Below, piece after piece: positions 12,201-25,700 of a stretch of 64,000 nucleotides of DNA (the first letter of the stretch is position 1; each line of letters begins with the position of its first letter). A program made the position numbers and the translations under genes. The notes below the pieces were generated by a model. It saw nothing but the letters and a program-made list of their open reading frames with translations. It ran no database searches and was not told where the DNA came from. Source of the DNA: Vicugna vicugna (Eukaryota); assembly GCA_013265495.1 (NCBI GenBank), contig MU062317.1, positions 682,001 to 746,000 of the forward strand. The letters run 5' to 3'.

Positions 12201-15200
12201 GGCAGACGAGGGCCTGTGTGTTTTAGGTAGGAGCCTGGGGGCGGGATTTCTGAGAGAGGCCGGGCACCCCCAGAGTCTGAATGCTCCCCAACTCTCAGCA
12301 GGAGGGGAATAAAAGCATGGTCACGAGGGCAGCTGGGGGTGGGGGGCCAGCCCCGCCGGAGGGACTCTGCTGATGACAGACTGGCCCTGCCCCAGCGGCC
12401 ACCCCACCCCGCTTCTTCCCAGGCTGTCATCAGTTTGGCATCTTTGCAGCCCCCTGGGCTACTGGGCTCCCCGTGTGTCCTCAAGGACGCAGCTCCTGGG
12501 GTGCGCCCGGCCCCCCAGCCAGGTGTCGAGGGCTCCGGGGTGCAGTGCCGCTGCCGTCAGCCTCCCCGGAGCCTAGTGTCTGGAGTGAGTGAGGGTGAAT
12601 GCAGTCACCAGCTGGGAGCCAGTTTTGGAGCCAGTGTCCCCACCGGTCTGCCCACTCCACACCTGCCTCAGGGGCGCATCTGGGAAAGGCAGCCTGTCTG
12701 TCCATCTGTCCTTCTCTCCCAGCTTTACCTACCTGCCCAGCAAGGCCACTCTATACACACTGAGACCCAGTCCATCTGCCCACCCCCCTGGACAGCACAC
12801 ATGCGGTGCCTCTTCCCCCAACCTTACTAAGCCCCTACAGTGTGCACAGGACAGTGCTCTGGCAGCTGCTGTACCTTTCAGGGACCCTCGAAGGGGTCCC
12901 CGAGAGACGGATCTGAGCGCAGAGGGGACAGGATCTCCCTTCTGAGCCCCCTTGGGTGGGTGCTGCCTGCCCACTGCCCGCACCCCCCACCCCAGCTGAC
13001 TCTCCTACAGGAGGGCCCTGGGGCCTGAGTCCTCCCACCATGCCCTGGGTCCCTCTGTCCCCTGAGACTCCTTTGGCTCTGTGGAGGCCATTAACCCATT
13101 GCCTTCGATCTTCTTCCTGCTAATCATCCTGGTGTCATTCCAAGGAAACCCTTCGGTGTCACCGTGGTTCCGAGGAGGGGTTCCTTTGGTCTCATCTGGC
13201 TCCTCCTCTCTGAGGCAGCCCTGGGCTTGGCGGGGGACCCTGGGATCTCCCCAGGGTGGATGTGGCTTGTGTGTGGAGCGGAGCCTGTGGCCTCCTGGGT
13301 TTGTCTTGTGTCGCTCCTGGGGCGCCCGGCGCAGGCTCGCAGCGTGGACTGGAAGCAGGGTTTCTGTACGTGGGAGGCACAGCCAGGCGGGCAGGCCCCG
13401 GGGATCTTCCAGGGGGCACTTTGCCCCTGTGCTGTCTTCAGCCCTATTCAACAGTGTGCTGGGTTGGCTGGGCTTTTGGATGAGAGCCTTGAAGGCGGGT
13501 GTTTTCCTGGGGGTGATGGGGAGATCTGGAGGCTGGGGTCGCGGCGAATACTGTGGACCCGCGGGGATTGTTAGGCGCGGTTAGAGGAACTCAGCTCCGC
13601 GCCGCCCCTGGGAACCAGCCAGGTTTCCACGCAGCTGTGGACTTGCCCCTTGAAGTCACTAAATCTTCCCCCAGTGGCACCATGCGGAGTGGAACCTTCC
13701 CCCGGCACTGTGAGCCAGACGTCAGCGGTCGGGGCCGCGTGGTCCAGGCAAGGTGCCCCGGCGGCTCGGCTCCTACATGCTCCGGAGTGAAGCGTGTCAG
13801 TGTGTCTGTCCCCCCTCTTCCGGTCTGGGAGGCCGGCCGCCTGGTTGGTGAGCCTGGCTTCTGAAAGGTGTGGACCAGCCCGAGGGCCAGGCGTGGGCTT
13901 CGGTCCCTGTGCCCAGCGCTCCAAGGCCGCTTGGTTCTGAGCAGCGGCCTCTTCCCTCTGTCTCTCCATGTTTCCCGGGTGGCTGGGACCCTCCTGGCGT
14001 CAGCCTTGCACACAGAAGTCTGAGGCAGCCTCCGGAGGGCCGGGCAGGGGCATCTCCTGAGCGACCAGTTTCTCCTTTTAGGCTTGTGGGCCCCAGAGGA
14101 GCCGCTGGCCCTGCCATGAGAGCATTTCTGGACTGGACTTTGGAAAGGGGCGCGGGCTGCAGGTTCAATCCTGAAAGGCGTTTGAGACCACCGCCCTGTC
14201 AGCCATGGCCGTGGCCGGACCACTGCTCCCCGAGACCTGGCCGACCCGGTGCCCTCCAGGCCCCAGGCGGCCGCACGGGCGGTGCGTCTTCCTCGCACGC
14301 GGGCTGGGCCTGCCTGCTCTCCGGCAGGTGTGGGTGAGGGGCTCAGGGGTGTTGCCGGCGGCGCGGCCTGAGAAGCAGGGCCTTGGGTCTGGGCCCCCGC
14401 ACCTGGGCAAGGGCGATGTCCCTCTAGAGCTGGTGCAGCAGAGCGGTGGGTGGCCGAGGGGGTCCTGGCTGTTAACCCTCGGCCCCCTGTCCCTCACAGA
14501 TGTGGATGAGTGCCAGGTGCACAACGGTGGCTGCCAGCACAGGTGTGTGAACACGCCCGGCTCCTACCTCTGTGAGTGCAAGCTCGGCTTCCGGCTCCAC
14601 GCGGACGGCAGGACGTGCCTGGGTGAGCCCCCCTGCGACCCTGAGAGTGGTGCCCCCACTCTCCCAGGGGTGCCCGGGTCTGGGAGGGGCTGGGGTCCCT
14701 GCAGTCCTGGGCTGAAGGCCTGATGGGGCCCTCACGGGGCCAGTCTGCTCAGCGCAGCCGCTGTCACAGCAGGCCCTCCTGCGGCGCGTAGGTGCTGAGG
14801 GGCCTCGCCGCCCATCGGGGGCCCTCACCGGCACCGCACACGGGGGCACTGGGGCTCAGGTGGTGTAAGTGTGTCTCGGGCCCCGAGCTCCACCTTGAGG
14901 GTGGACCCTGGGACCCCAGGCTGTGTGCCCTCTGCAGCCACAGCTGAATCTGGCTGGGATGCCGAGGCCACTTCCCCAGGGAACTCTTGTGACTTGGGGA
15001 GGAGCCCCTGGGCCGCCGCCCTCAGGGGCAGAAGCTCTGGTCGTCCAAGAGCATGGACCCAGGTCCAGCCTTGCTCTCCCAAACTGGAGGAGACTCGGTG
15101 CTTGCTGGGTCGGGGGCGGGGAGGCCCAGCCTGGGGCGGGGGCAGCGTAAGGCCACTCTTGGCCTGCAGAGCTGGAGTTCCTGGGGCCAGGTCACCCACC

Positions 15201-16750
15201 CTAGGCTCGGGGAGCCCAGGGGTGGGGCTGCGGCAGGTGGGGGTAGGGGTAACCGAGAAGCGGGACCTTGGCCCACAGGTCCTCTGTGGGGTCTTTTTGC
15301 AGTGGGGAATGGGCTCGATGGGGGTGCCCGGGGTCACAGATGGCTGCCCCTGCCAGCACAGGGATCTACAGAGGGAGAAGGGGAGTGCCTGGGGCCGACT
15401 GAGTGGAGGGTGGAGGGGTGGCGGCCAGGAGCCTGGTTTTGAGCAGTTGGCACCCGCTCCTTGCCCTCCCCTGCCCTCTCCTGGCTGCTCAGGATGCAGG
15501 TGCTGTGAGCATGGGGTCGACCCCTCCCTGCTGGCCACTCACCCTACGAGGCCAAGTAGGGGCCGTAATTGGCCGGCTGGGCCCGTCGTCAGCTCCCTGG
15601 CCAGCAGGCCTGGGCAGCGCTCTCCCTGGCAGTGGGGGTTGCCCCCTCTTTCCACCCTGGACACCTCGGGCGGCCCAGGCAGGCTCTGAGCAGCCTCCAG
15701 CCTGCAGGTCTTGCAGCTCTGTGGCGGGGCGGCCTGCCAGCCCTGGGGGGCCTCCCCGGCACAGACACTCACATGTCCAGGCCGCTGCTCAGGGAGCGAG
15801 GCAGCAGCGGCCCTGTAGAGCTTCTCTGGGTTGGAAAATGAAAACAGATGCAGGAATGTTATGCTTCAGGGCAAATACAATGGCGCGCAGCCCCCAGCTG
15901 CTGCCTGCTGGGTGGGGGGCTTCTGGGAGCCGGTGGCTGGGGGTCTTTGGCCCTGGGGCCCTCTGGTCTACTCAGGGCCCCAGGTGTCCTTCAGTCTCCC
16001 TTCCTCTGGGGCAGGTTCTCCTTGGAGAAGAGCTTCCCTGGGGCTGGTCCAGGATGGGCTGGGCTGGGCCTGGTGAGGGCCCACTGACCCCTCCCATGCT
16101 GGCTCCTCTGAGAGGGGCCTGTGACATCGCCCCAGTCTCCCCTAACCCTCCCTGATGGTGGCCTTCACTGAGCTGCCAGATGGGTAAACGGCACGCACAG
16201 GGGAGGGTGCCCTTCAGGGCTTTTGGAGGGACCGTGATGGCCTTTACGAGTGGCCTTGAGCTTCTGGCTTTGGAAACCCTGGAGGGGTCCTCCTCAGCCT
16301 TGCCCCTGGCCCCTAGCCCACTCCACCCCACCCCATCGCTACACTGGAGCCCCTCCCTGGTGCCTTTCCTGGGAGATACCTATTCTTGGGGGTCTCAGAA
16401 GTCTTGATTTGTGGCACTTGCTTATTTTAAAGGGTCTTTTTGGGGTCTGATGCCAGGGTCCCCTGCGTGGTCTGCACAGCCCGGCATGAGGCTGCTGGGA
16501 CTCCCTGCCCCCTCTGCCTGGCATCCCCGCTCCCCACACTCTGCACACCCAGCCTGCAGCCCAGGGGTCTGCAGCTCAGCTGGGTGCCGGTGCCTGCCTC
16601 CGGGCCACCCCCTGCGCACGGGCCACTCCCGGGCGCTGGCCTCTCCCTGTGGCCGGAAGTGCTCTCCCACACTGCTGTGAGCTCTAGTCCGTCGCTTTCT
16701 CTCCTCTGACTGCAGCTCCCAGTGGGAAGTACTCGCTGCGTCCCCGCACC

Positions 16751-16797
<47 letters not shown>

Positions 16798-19700
16798 CTG
16801 GCTGTTGTAGGCGGATTTCATACCTGGAATTCCTGGGAGCGGATGCCTCCTCCCTAATGTGCCCCGTTTTGGTTGTAGAGGGGAACCCCGCTCCGGTGCA
16901 CCTGACCTCCTGGCTCTGGGTGGGTAGGACAGCCCAGCACCTCCGATCTCAGACGAGGGCCTCCAGGTGGGGGCTGGGTGGAGGGCACTGCCTGGCCCCT
17001 GCCGGGCAGCTAAACCTCCTGCCTCTGGGGGATGTGGGCCCTCCCCGATTCTCCTCCAGGACTCCCAGGCTGCAGGGTGCGGGGAGGAGCTGGTGGCCTT
17101 GTCTGTGGTCCACAGTGGCACCCTCTGAGCCCAGACCACCCTAGGGTCTCAGCAGACGTTTATGGAAAGATCAGTGTAGGAGCTGTGCCCCTCCCCAACC
17201 CTCCCCTCCCCGACGCCAGCCAGCTGTGGGACCGGCTGCACAGCTGGAGTAAGGCTGCTCTGGAACCCTCCCCAGGGGGCCTTCTGGGGGAGGGGGCGGG
17301 GTGCTGTAAGCCCTCCTTTGCAGCCAGGCAGGGAACAGGCCTGGGCACCCCCTTCAAGCAGCTTGAAGTGAGGATTATGGAGGTGCTGGAGGATGGGGGT
17401 AGGGAAGGTGCCCGCAGGGATGTGTCAGTCCTTCCTCAGTACGGGGTGGGATTGCCCTGTGCGCTGGGAGCTCTCAGGTTGGTGCCATGTCATGGGGCCC
17501 CAGGGATCTGAGAAGTCTCTCAAGGTAGTGGTGCTTGAGGGGGCCCTGAAACAGACAAGGGGAGGCTTAAAACAGTCTTTAAAGTTGCCTCGGAGGCAGG
17601 GAGGAGACAAGAAGACCGCAGTCTTCTTGCATCCCTCTCTTGCAAAAGATCTTACAGAAATAAAACACGAGAAGGTTTCAGTTCTTAAAGTGAGAATTTG
17701 TATGGACTTTGCCATCAACCCCAAGGCCCATGAGTGCCTTGTATCCTCCCCGGCTTCCCCCACCAGCCTGGCCCCAAGAGAAACTGAGGCAGCCAGGCAT
17801 CTGTGGGCGCTCCACCACCAGGGTGCCCTCCTGGGTTTGTCCCTCCAGGCTCTGGGATGGGAAGAGCAGGGCCGAGTGAGGCCCAAGGCTGGCCCCCAGC
17901 TTCTCACCCACAGGGGCGTGAAGTGCGCCCCTTTCCTTCCCCAAATTGTGGGAAACGGCTGCTGGGAGCAGTGCCAGGCAACGCGTCCAGAGGCGTCATT
18001 CTTGCTGTCCTGTCACATCTCACTGCGTGCCCCTGCAAACCCACAGAGGCCAGCTCCAGGGTCCTTGAACACTTCAAGTTGGGAAAGCCTCCTCCTCTGA
18101 GCCAGCGAGACTTCTGTCCAGGGGTCCCTTTCAGTGTCCCCCACGTCCCCTGTGATGAGCAACACTTTTGGGGCCAGTCTGAGGGACCACGATGCCGCTG
18201 GCTCAATCAGCAGAGGGTCCCGAGTGATGCCCTAGGTCGGCCACTTGCAAGAGGTGGGCTCTCCATCCTCCTCCTCCCCGTGGCCTCAGGCCTGCTGGAC
18301 CTTTTGGATGGACGCTGTGGGGAGGATTCTGCTGTCAGCATGCACCCCCCCGTGGCCTGGCTGCCCCTGCCTGAGTGAGGGTCCTGCCCCTGGAGTCTGA
18401 TGCTATGCCCCCAGCACGGGGAGGGTCTCCCCACCCCTGCTTTTGGGGTTCTGCCACAGGGGCACCGCGTGACCTTGGGCAGACGCTCTCCCAGGCCTGG
18501 GTCTCCCCAGCGAGGGGGCGGTGAGGGGCTGCTTGGGGCCTGCAGCCTGCTCTTTGCTGGCTCCTTGGAGGCTGTTGTTGGCAGCATGTGGGGCGGGCGC
18601 GAAAGCCGCAGGCGGCAGAGAGATGGACACCATCAGGCTTGTCTGCAAAGCTCATCCCTGCAAAGCCACACATGCCGTTCTGGGAACGCTTTCCAGCCTC
18701 CCCCCAGACCCAAAACAGACTGTAGTTTCAAAATGAGAGGGTGCCTTCCCAGCCCCAAGGTGCCGCTGGGTCCGAACGGGAAGCAGGAGGGGCAGCCCTG
18801 CGCGAGAGACCACCTGGGAGGTCACAGCTGTGCCCAAGACCAGACCCCTCGTAGTGTGGGCTGCCAGCACCCAGAGGTGAGGGGAGGGCCACACCCCCAC
18901 CCAGGGAACCCAGGGCAGTGGCCACAGAGCCCAGGCCGGATGCAGGACCCAGGCAGGTTGGAGTCAGTGGGCTTGACGGGGGAGAGCCAAGTGGGGAGGC
19001 GTGGGAGCTGTGGACCGCATCGGGACGGTGCTGGGGGGCTGTTCTTGCCTGTGACGTGGGTGGCTCTGGGTGGGGCCCGGGCCCGGCTTTGGTGCTTTCT
19101 CTGCCTGGGACCGGGCGCGGGTGCCGGTTGGCGGCGTGCAGTCTGTGATGCTGGGGCGGGTCCCAGCCCCTGGCTCTCTTTATGGCCGAGGGCTGCTGCT
19201 TATGCGGCAAGAGAACCACGCCCTGTGCAGCGTGGAGGCCCCATCCCGAGGGTGGGGGACGAGGGCAGCGCGCCCCAGGCAGAGCCGCAGGCAAACCGCG
19301 AGCTACCGAGTGGGAGGGGCGGGCAGGGCCCCGGTGAGTTTCCCCTCACGGCCGAACCAGACGGGCCACCCGTGCCTGCCCTGCTGTCTCGCCCTGTCGC
19401 CAGCAGCTGGCTTCCTAGAAGGAAAGGCTGCGGTGCCAGCTGACCACATGTGGCGCGAGGCTCTTGGGACCTAGAAACCAAGGCAGTCTGAGGGCAGTAA
19501 TTTCAAAACCCACGAGGCCAGCGGGAACCAGAGCCACCCTCGAGTTTGCTCCAAACCCACGGGCTGGGCCTGGAGGCTGGAGCAGAGTGGGCTGGTGGGC
19601 TCGGCGCCCGCCCGCAGACTTGTCCTCACACCGCCAGCCCATCAGGCCCAGCTGCTTGGCTGACCAGCTCGGGCAGCTGGCGTGCCGGGCTCGGAGGCCA

Positions 19701-22700
19701 GGGCCCTGCCAGCGGAGCAGCCTCGGAGGTTAGCTACCCAGAGCCCCCACCTGCCACTTCTTCCCCCCACCCAGGTACACCTGATGCTGGGCTCCAGGTC
19801 CCAGGTGCTGCCACCTGCACCTCCAAGAGCAGAGACCCCCTGGCACAGGAAGAGCGAGTCCTCTGCCCTGTGGGACATTTGGTTTCTAGAATATCCAGCT
19901 TCCTGCTCGAGTCAAGTTCCACTCCCTTTCAAGAGCTGCACCCCTTGCACATGGGGCAACTAGGGCGGCTCCTGCTGGCTGAAGGCGGAGGTGCAGCCCG
20001 GCTCTATTAGGACTCGCAAGTCCCCTGGCCAAGGCCATGGTCCTGAGGCTTGCAAGCAGGGAAGTGCATCCCCTGGCTGTCCCTCTGCTGTCTCCTTGTG
20101 TGGTCACCAGAGAGACAGACACAGAGACAGAGAGATCTTGTGTCTCATCTCACAAGGACGCACATCCTTTTGGGTCAGGGCCCCACCCTTACGGCCTCAT
20201 TTAACCTAAATTACTCTACTTCCAAATACGTTCACATTGGTGGTTTAATTTTAGGAGCCCATGTATGACTGTTAGGATCACACAGACATTAATCCCATTA
20301 GGGGCTATGAAACCCCCTCGTCTCCCATTTTCCAATGGGCTCTCAGGTCTGAGCCTGGCCCTGATTTGCAGGACTGCCCAGGCATGGGTCAGTGGTACTT
20401 GGATTCCATGGCCAGCTCTTGAAGTGACCTGAGGGGCCTGAGATCTTCACCCCCAGCTCTGGGCCCTGGTCACGCAGAGGCTGGCCCTCCCCAGAGCTGC
20501 ACAGCCCAGCGCCTGAGAAGACGTGCCTTCAGCTTTCCGGGAATCACGGCGCAGGATGTGCAGGGTGATGACACTGGGCTTGGCTTCCTCTTGTGCACAG
20601 CTTGGGAGCAGCTGGAGCATTAGCGCTTATGCAGCAGAGCAACAAGAGACAGGCCTGGGAGGGTGCGAGGCTGTGCGGGGAGTCGGACCCCTCCACGGCC
20701 TCCATCTGCCGGTGACTTCTCCCCCGGTGGGCTCCGGTAGGCCTGGTGCTGGGTTGCCCCGGGCCTGGCTCAGGGGCTCTGCCTATCAGGGAGGGCTCCT
20801 TTCCAGCCCCGCCGCAGCTTTGGGGGTCATCCTTGCAGCCGCCTCCCCGGCCCCAGGCTCCAAGCCCCTCTCTCCGTGTGCTTGCCCCGTGCTGCCAGGA
20901 CGACCTTCTGGTTCCTATTATGAGCTCTGAGCAGGATGCTCTTGGTGTTGTGAACACAAACAGGGCCCCGAGAGTGGGCCGGCTTGGGCCAGGCTCGGAC
21001 GTCTCTAGGGTGACGGCGGTGACTTAAGCAGAGCTGTCTCGGGAGAGGCAGGCGGGGTCCTGGGGGTCAGCACAGGGTCGGGGGGTGGTGGATGGGGAGG
21101 GGGCCCAGAGGCCGACGGGGGCAGGAGACGGTGGCTGCCCTGCTTGGCCCTGTTTGACCGGGGACGCGTGTCTCTGCTCCTCCCGCACACGTGGCAGGGC
21201 CAGGTGCAGCCTGGAGACAGCCGTCGCCACCCTCCAGGGCGTCCTCCCTGGCCCAGCAGGGCTGGCTTGGCCCTGGCGGAGACCCTCAGCAGGGGCTCCT
21301 CAGCCACGTGCCCCATGTCGGGAGACGGCTGGATCGTAAGCGCTGTCGTTTGGCTTTTTTAGAACATACTTGCTTTGAAGGAAGCCTTGCTTTTGGCAGA
21401 CGGCATGGCCCGGCCTTGTCAGAGCCCGAGGCCGCTCACGTGCTCTGCGTGCGGTTGCCAGGGCTGCTCCCGGCTCTGCGGGCCTCGGAGCTCCTGCTCC
21501 CAGCGGTGCAGGGCCTGCCACGCCTGGTCTCCAGACTCAGCGACAGTCGGTGGCCTCCCACACGTGGGCCCTGAGGCCAGTGGCCCCCTGGGGTCTGTGA
21601 CGACAGCACCGGTGGCATCTGGGGGCGAAGCCCTGCCCCCTAGTGGTTGCGGCGTTTTCGTATGGGACTGAGGTTTGCTGTGGTCCAGGCCTGCTGGGTA
21701 GTCGGCCGCGCCTCCCCCGCGGCATATTCTGGAAGCTTTGCTCCAGAGCACAGGGCTGATGCCTCCCGAACCTCCAGGACACTACCACCGACTTGAAGGA
21801 GCCACCAGAGGCTGGGTGACCTCCCTGGGTACCCAGCCTCTCCCAGTGCCCCTTGCCTGTCCACCCGGTACATGGACACCCACTCGGCCCACCTGACCTG
21901 TAGGACCCTTGCCCTATGTGGGCCTGAGCGGGAACACCTGGGTCCCTGGTGTCCTGGGGCTGGGACGCAGGCCCCTGGCTCTGTGGCCTCACCACGTGCT
22001 GTCCCCACGGCTGCTGGAGGAGCGGGCACTGTGTGAGGGCAGGCAGCGGGCAGAGCCTGGCCTGGGGTGGGCAGGAGCTGCACTCGGTCAGGAGCTGGGG
22101 CCAGGCCTGCAGCCATGGTGGCCGTCCATGGAGGCCCTCCCCGCCCCTCTGCCCTGGCCTGATGACCAAGATAATGGGATGTCTGGGTCTCTGGCCTGCT
22201 GCCTCCTCCGGGGAGCCTCCACCTGCTCGGGCTCTGAGCCCTGGTGGCCCTGGCTCTCGGGGCCCTGGTGTTCTGCATCCTGTACTGGCTGGCACTGAAC
22301 TTCCATTGTGGGGGGCGGTGAGCTCTGTGGTGCCTGTCTACACCTGGTCCTGGGGCAGACTGGGCCAGGGGGGTCCAGAGACGGTCCACGGTCCTGTGTG
22401 TGAGCCGAGAAGCAAAGCCAGGCACCGTGAACTGGACAGGAACAGGGTCACCCTCTCAAAGTCCCTGCTTCTGGGATGGAGACAGACATGGGAGGGGCTG
22501 GGTGGGTCCTGGAGGGTCCTGGAGGGTCCTGGAGGAGGTGGTCCAGTGTCGTGCTCTGCTCCGTGCCTGCCCAGCGTGGGGCCCCTTGGCCGGTTGTCCT
22601 CCTGGGCTGACCTGGCTCCTCTTGGGCCCTCAGCCATCAACTCCTGTGCCGTGGGCAATGGCGGCTGCCAGCACAGCTGTATCCAGCTCACGGTGACCCA

Positions 22701-25700
22701 GCACCGCTGCCAGTGCCGGCCCGAGTTCCAGCTCCAGGAGGATGGCAAGCACTGCGTCCGTGAGTGTGCCAGCCGCCCTCGGGACTGGACGCCCGGGGCC
22801 GGGACTCCCACGGGGACCCCAGGCCTCCACGCACCTGCAGGCCTGCCTGGGGACCCTGCAGCCTGAGCCCAGCGCAGGGGCAGGATGTCCTCTCCCCTTG
22901 GCTCCCGAAGCTGGATGGGGGCCTCGGGCAGCGGGGCCCTGGCTGCTGAGAGGCCCCAGTAGGCACAGGGGAGGAACTCAGTTAGGCTGTACTCTGGGAT
23001 CGCATGTCTTTGGGGGACAGGAAGCTCAGACTGGGGGTGCAGGGGATGAAGAGGAAGAGGATCCTGCATGTTCCTCAGTTCTAAGGCCCACCATAGGCTT
23101 TGGTGTGGACACTTGAGACCCAGGCTCTGGCCCTTGGGTGGAGGAGGCTGGTCAGGCCCCATGTGGCACCATGGCCTGGGGTCTCGGGGCTGCCTGTCGT
23201 GGAAGGAGGGCGCTCTGCTGACAGAGAAGTTCGAGCAGGCCCAGGAGACCCCTGAGATGTGGAAATGGGGGGCTGGGGCAGGGCAGGTCCTGAGAGAGCA
23301 CCTCCCATCCTGCCTGGCTTCTTGGGGCCCGGGTCAGGAGTGAGCGTGGGCCAAAGGGGCCGAGGCCAGCAGTGGGGGCAGTGGCACGGGGTCCCAGGGC
23401 TGGGGGCTCTGACAAGAAGAAGTGTGGGAGGAGCTGGCCATGTCCCCGCTGCCTGACCAGAGACCAGCTGGCCCAGTGCCATGCTATCTTCTCTGGGGTC
23501 TCCTTGGGGATGGCTGAGGGCTAGCCTGTACCCCAGCCTGCCGCCCAGCCTGGCAGGCCAGAGCAGGAGGGGCGAGAGCTCGGGGTCGGGGCCTCATGAG
23601 AGGCCCTGGGGCAGGTACCCCAATCCTGCTGGAGCCCCGCACCTCTTCTCTTTGCCTCCATCCCTCCTGGCCGTGGCTGCAGGGAGAAACCCGTGCACAG
23701 ACCGGAACGGCGGCTGTATGCACACGTGCCGGGCGCTCCGGGGCCTCGCCCACTGCGAGTGCCACGCGGGCTACCAGCTGGCGGCGGACCGCAAGGCCTG
23801 CGAAGGTAAGATGCCCGCCCCGCGTCGGCCTGCAGGTGTCTCCAGGGCTTGTTGGTTGACGGGCACATCTGGCATCACCCTGGAGCCCCGCTGGGCCCAG
23901 CGTTCTAGAACGCACTCCGTGTCCGACTTCTTGGCTGTGGGGCATGTGCTGTGCGGCTGCACCGTGTTTCCTGAAGTCCCCCCATCGCAGGACGTTCGGG
24001 GTCCGCGCTCCTCCCTGCGGCACGCGGCTCTGGGCGAGCAGTGTGGGGGAAGGGACTGTAGGCATCCCCGAAACCCTTGGGTGAGTCCCTGAAGTGATGC
24101 GTACGTCAGGGCAGGCAGTGGTCATTTTCCGAGGCGTCCTGGCCATCAGATGTGGGAGGCCGTGGTTCCATGTTACCAACAGCAGGCAAGAGCGTTTCAG
24201 GCATTGATGCCAACGGGAAGGGCACACCCTGGCTTCAGAGGGCCCAGTGGGAGACAGGGCTGAGGGTCAGCTCTGTCCTGCGGACTCTGATGACTCCAGC
24301 ACAGTCACTGGGGATGCTGGGATTCTGGTCCTGGTGGCAGTGCTGTGCAGCCACGGGGAGGAGGCTGGTAACCTCAGCCTGGGCGTCGGCGTCCCTTCCT
24401 CCCGCTGGTGCCCCAGAGGCTGGTGGCGAAAAGCCCTCCTGTGCTGGGCCTGGGATGCTGGTGGGATTGTTGGCAAGAGTGCTCCGGGCACAGCGGAGGG
24501 CCGGCGGGCTCAGGGAGGCGGAGCCCCTTGCCCGGCGCTGCTGGCCGGGCCTGAGCGCGGACTTCCAACCACACCCTCCGCGCCCTGGGAGGGAGCGCAG
24601 CTCTGCACCTGGAGCTTGTTGACGAAAACACAGATGCTCAGAGCAAAGGCGGGAGAGGGCAGTGGGGCCTCTGGCCTGGCACAGGGGGCCTGAGCCCTGG
24701 CCCCTCAGCAGGGGCCTCTCCACACTAAGGCACCACCCCGGGGGCCGAGTTTCCCAGGCCAGTGGCCCAGAGCCCGCCCCCTTGCTCTCTCCCATTCAGA
24801 CGTGGATGAGTGTGCCACAGGCCTGGCCCGGTGTGCCCACGGCTGCCTCAACACTCGTGGGTCCTTTAAGTGTGTGTGCAACGCAGGCTATGAGCTGGGT
24901 GCCGATGGCCGGCAGTGCTACCGTGAGTGGACGGTGGGCAGGGATCAGGGGCGTGGGGGTGCCTGGGGGCGGCAACATGGCTCCCCAGCCCCCCACCTGC
25001 CGCCATTAGCTTTGGCTGAGGAGCAGAGCTTCCTTGTCAGTCAAGTGCAGTGCTGGGCATGGGGGCTGCGGGTGGACCCTGGGAGGATGAGGGACCCCAG
25101 GAGGACAAGGGGTTCCCATGCCCGCCTGGCCTAGAAGCCCTGTGCGGCCTGTTTCCCAGCAGAGCGGCAGCTGCTGGGGTCAGGAGGACCATGCTAGGTC
25201 AGGGTGTCACCCCAGACCCTGTCCCACGACCCTGGTGGCGGGTCTTGCCGCAGGGATTGAAATGGAGATTGTGAGCAGCTGTGAGGCTGACAATGGCGGC
25301 TGCTCCCATGGCTGCAGCCACAGCAGCTCGGGGCCCGTCTGCACTTGCCCCCGTGGCTACGAGCTGGACAAGGACCAGAAGACGTGCATCGGTGCGCTCC
25401 GCCCCCTTCCCGACTGCCCCGCCCCTTCCCGACTGCCCCGCCCCTTCCTGACTGCCCTGCCCCTTCCCAAATGCCTTGTCCCCAAAGCCAGGGACTCACC
25501 GCTGCCCTGGGTCTGCCCCTCCACCCCCAGTTCTGCTTTCTGCCCTGAGCTGGGGGGTAATGGTCAGGGGGGCCTGGCGAGAGCCCGATACCGCCAAGCA
25601 CCCATCACCCCACTGGCCCCAGCAGCATCTTCCTCTCCAGCTCTGCTCAGTCGCTTGGTTAAATGCCCACATACTGGGAGAGAGCCCGAAGCACTGTGGT

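Noticed and set aside
12308-17664. Intronic AATAAA at 12308 and 17659
   Set aside because: No clear downstream GU/U-rich element; isolated hexamers are common
17560-17720. AT-rich island, possible L1 or DNA transposon fragment
   Set aside because: Too short and decayed to assign without an HMM search
18400-19443. 347-aa + strand ORF (also 4422-5408, 21949-22866 and others over 250 aa)
   Set aside because: Pro/Gly/Arg/Ala-rich, GTG/TTG-type starts, no domain similarity; long ORFs are expected by chance in stop-poor GC-rich DNA
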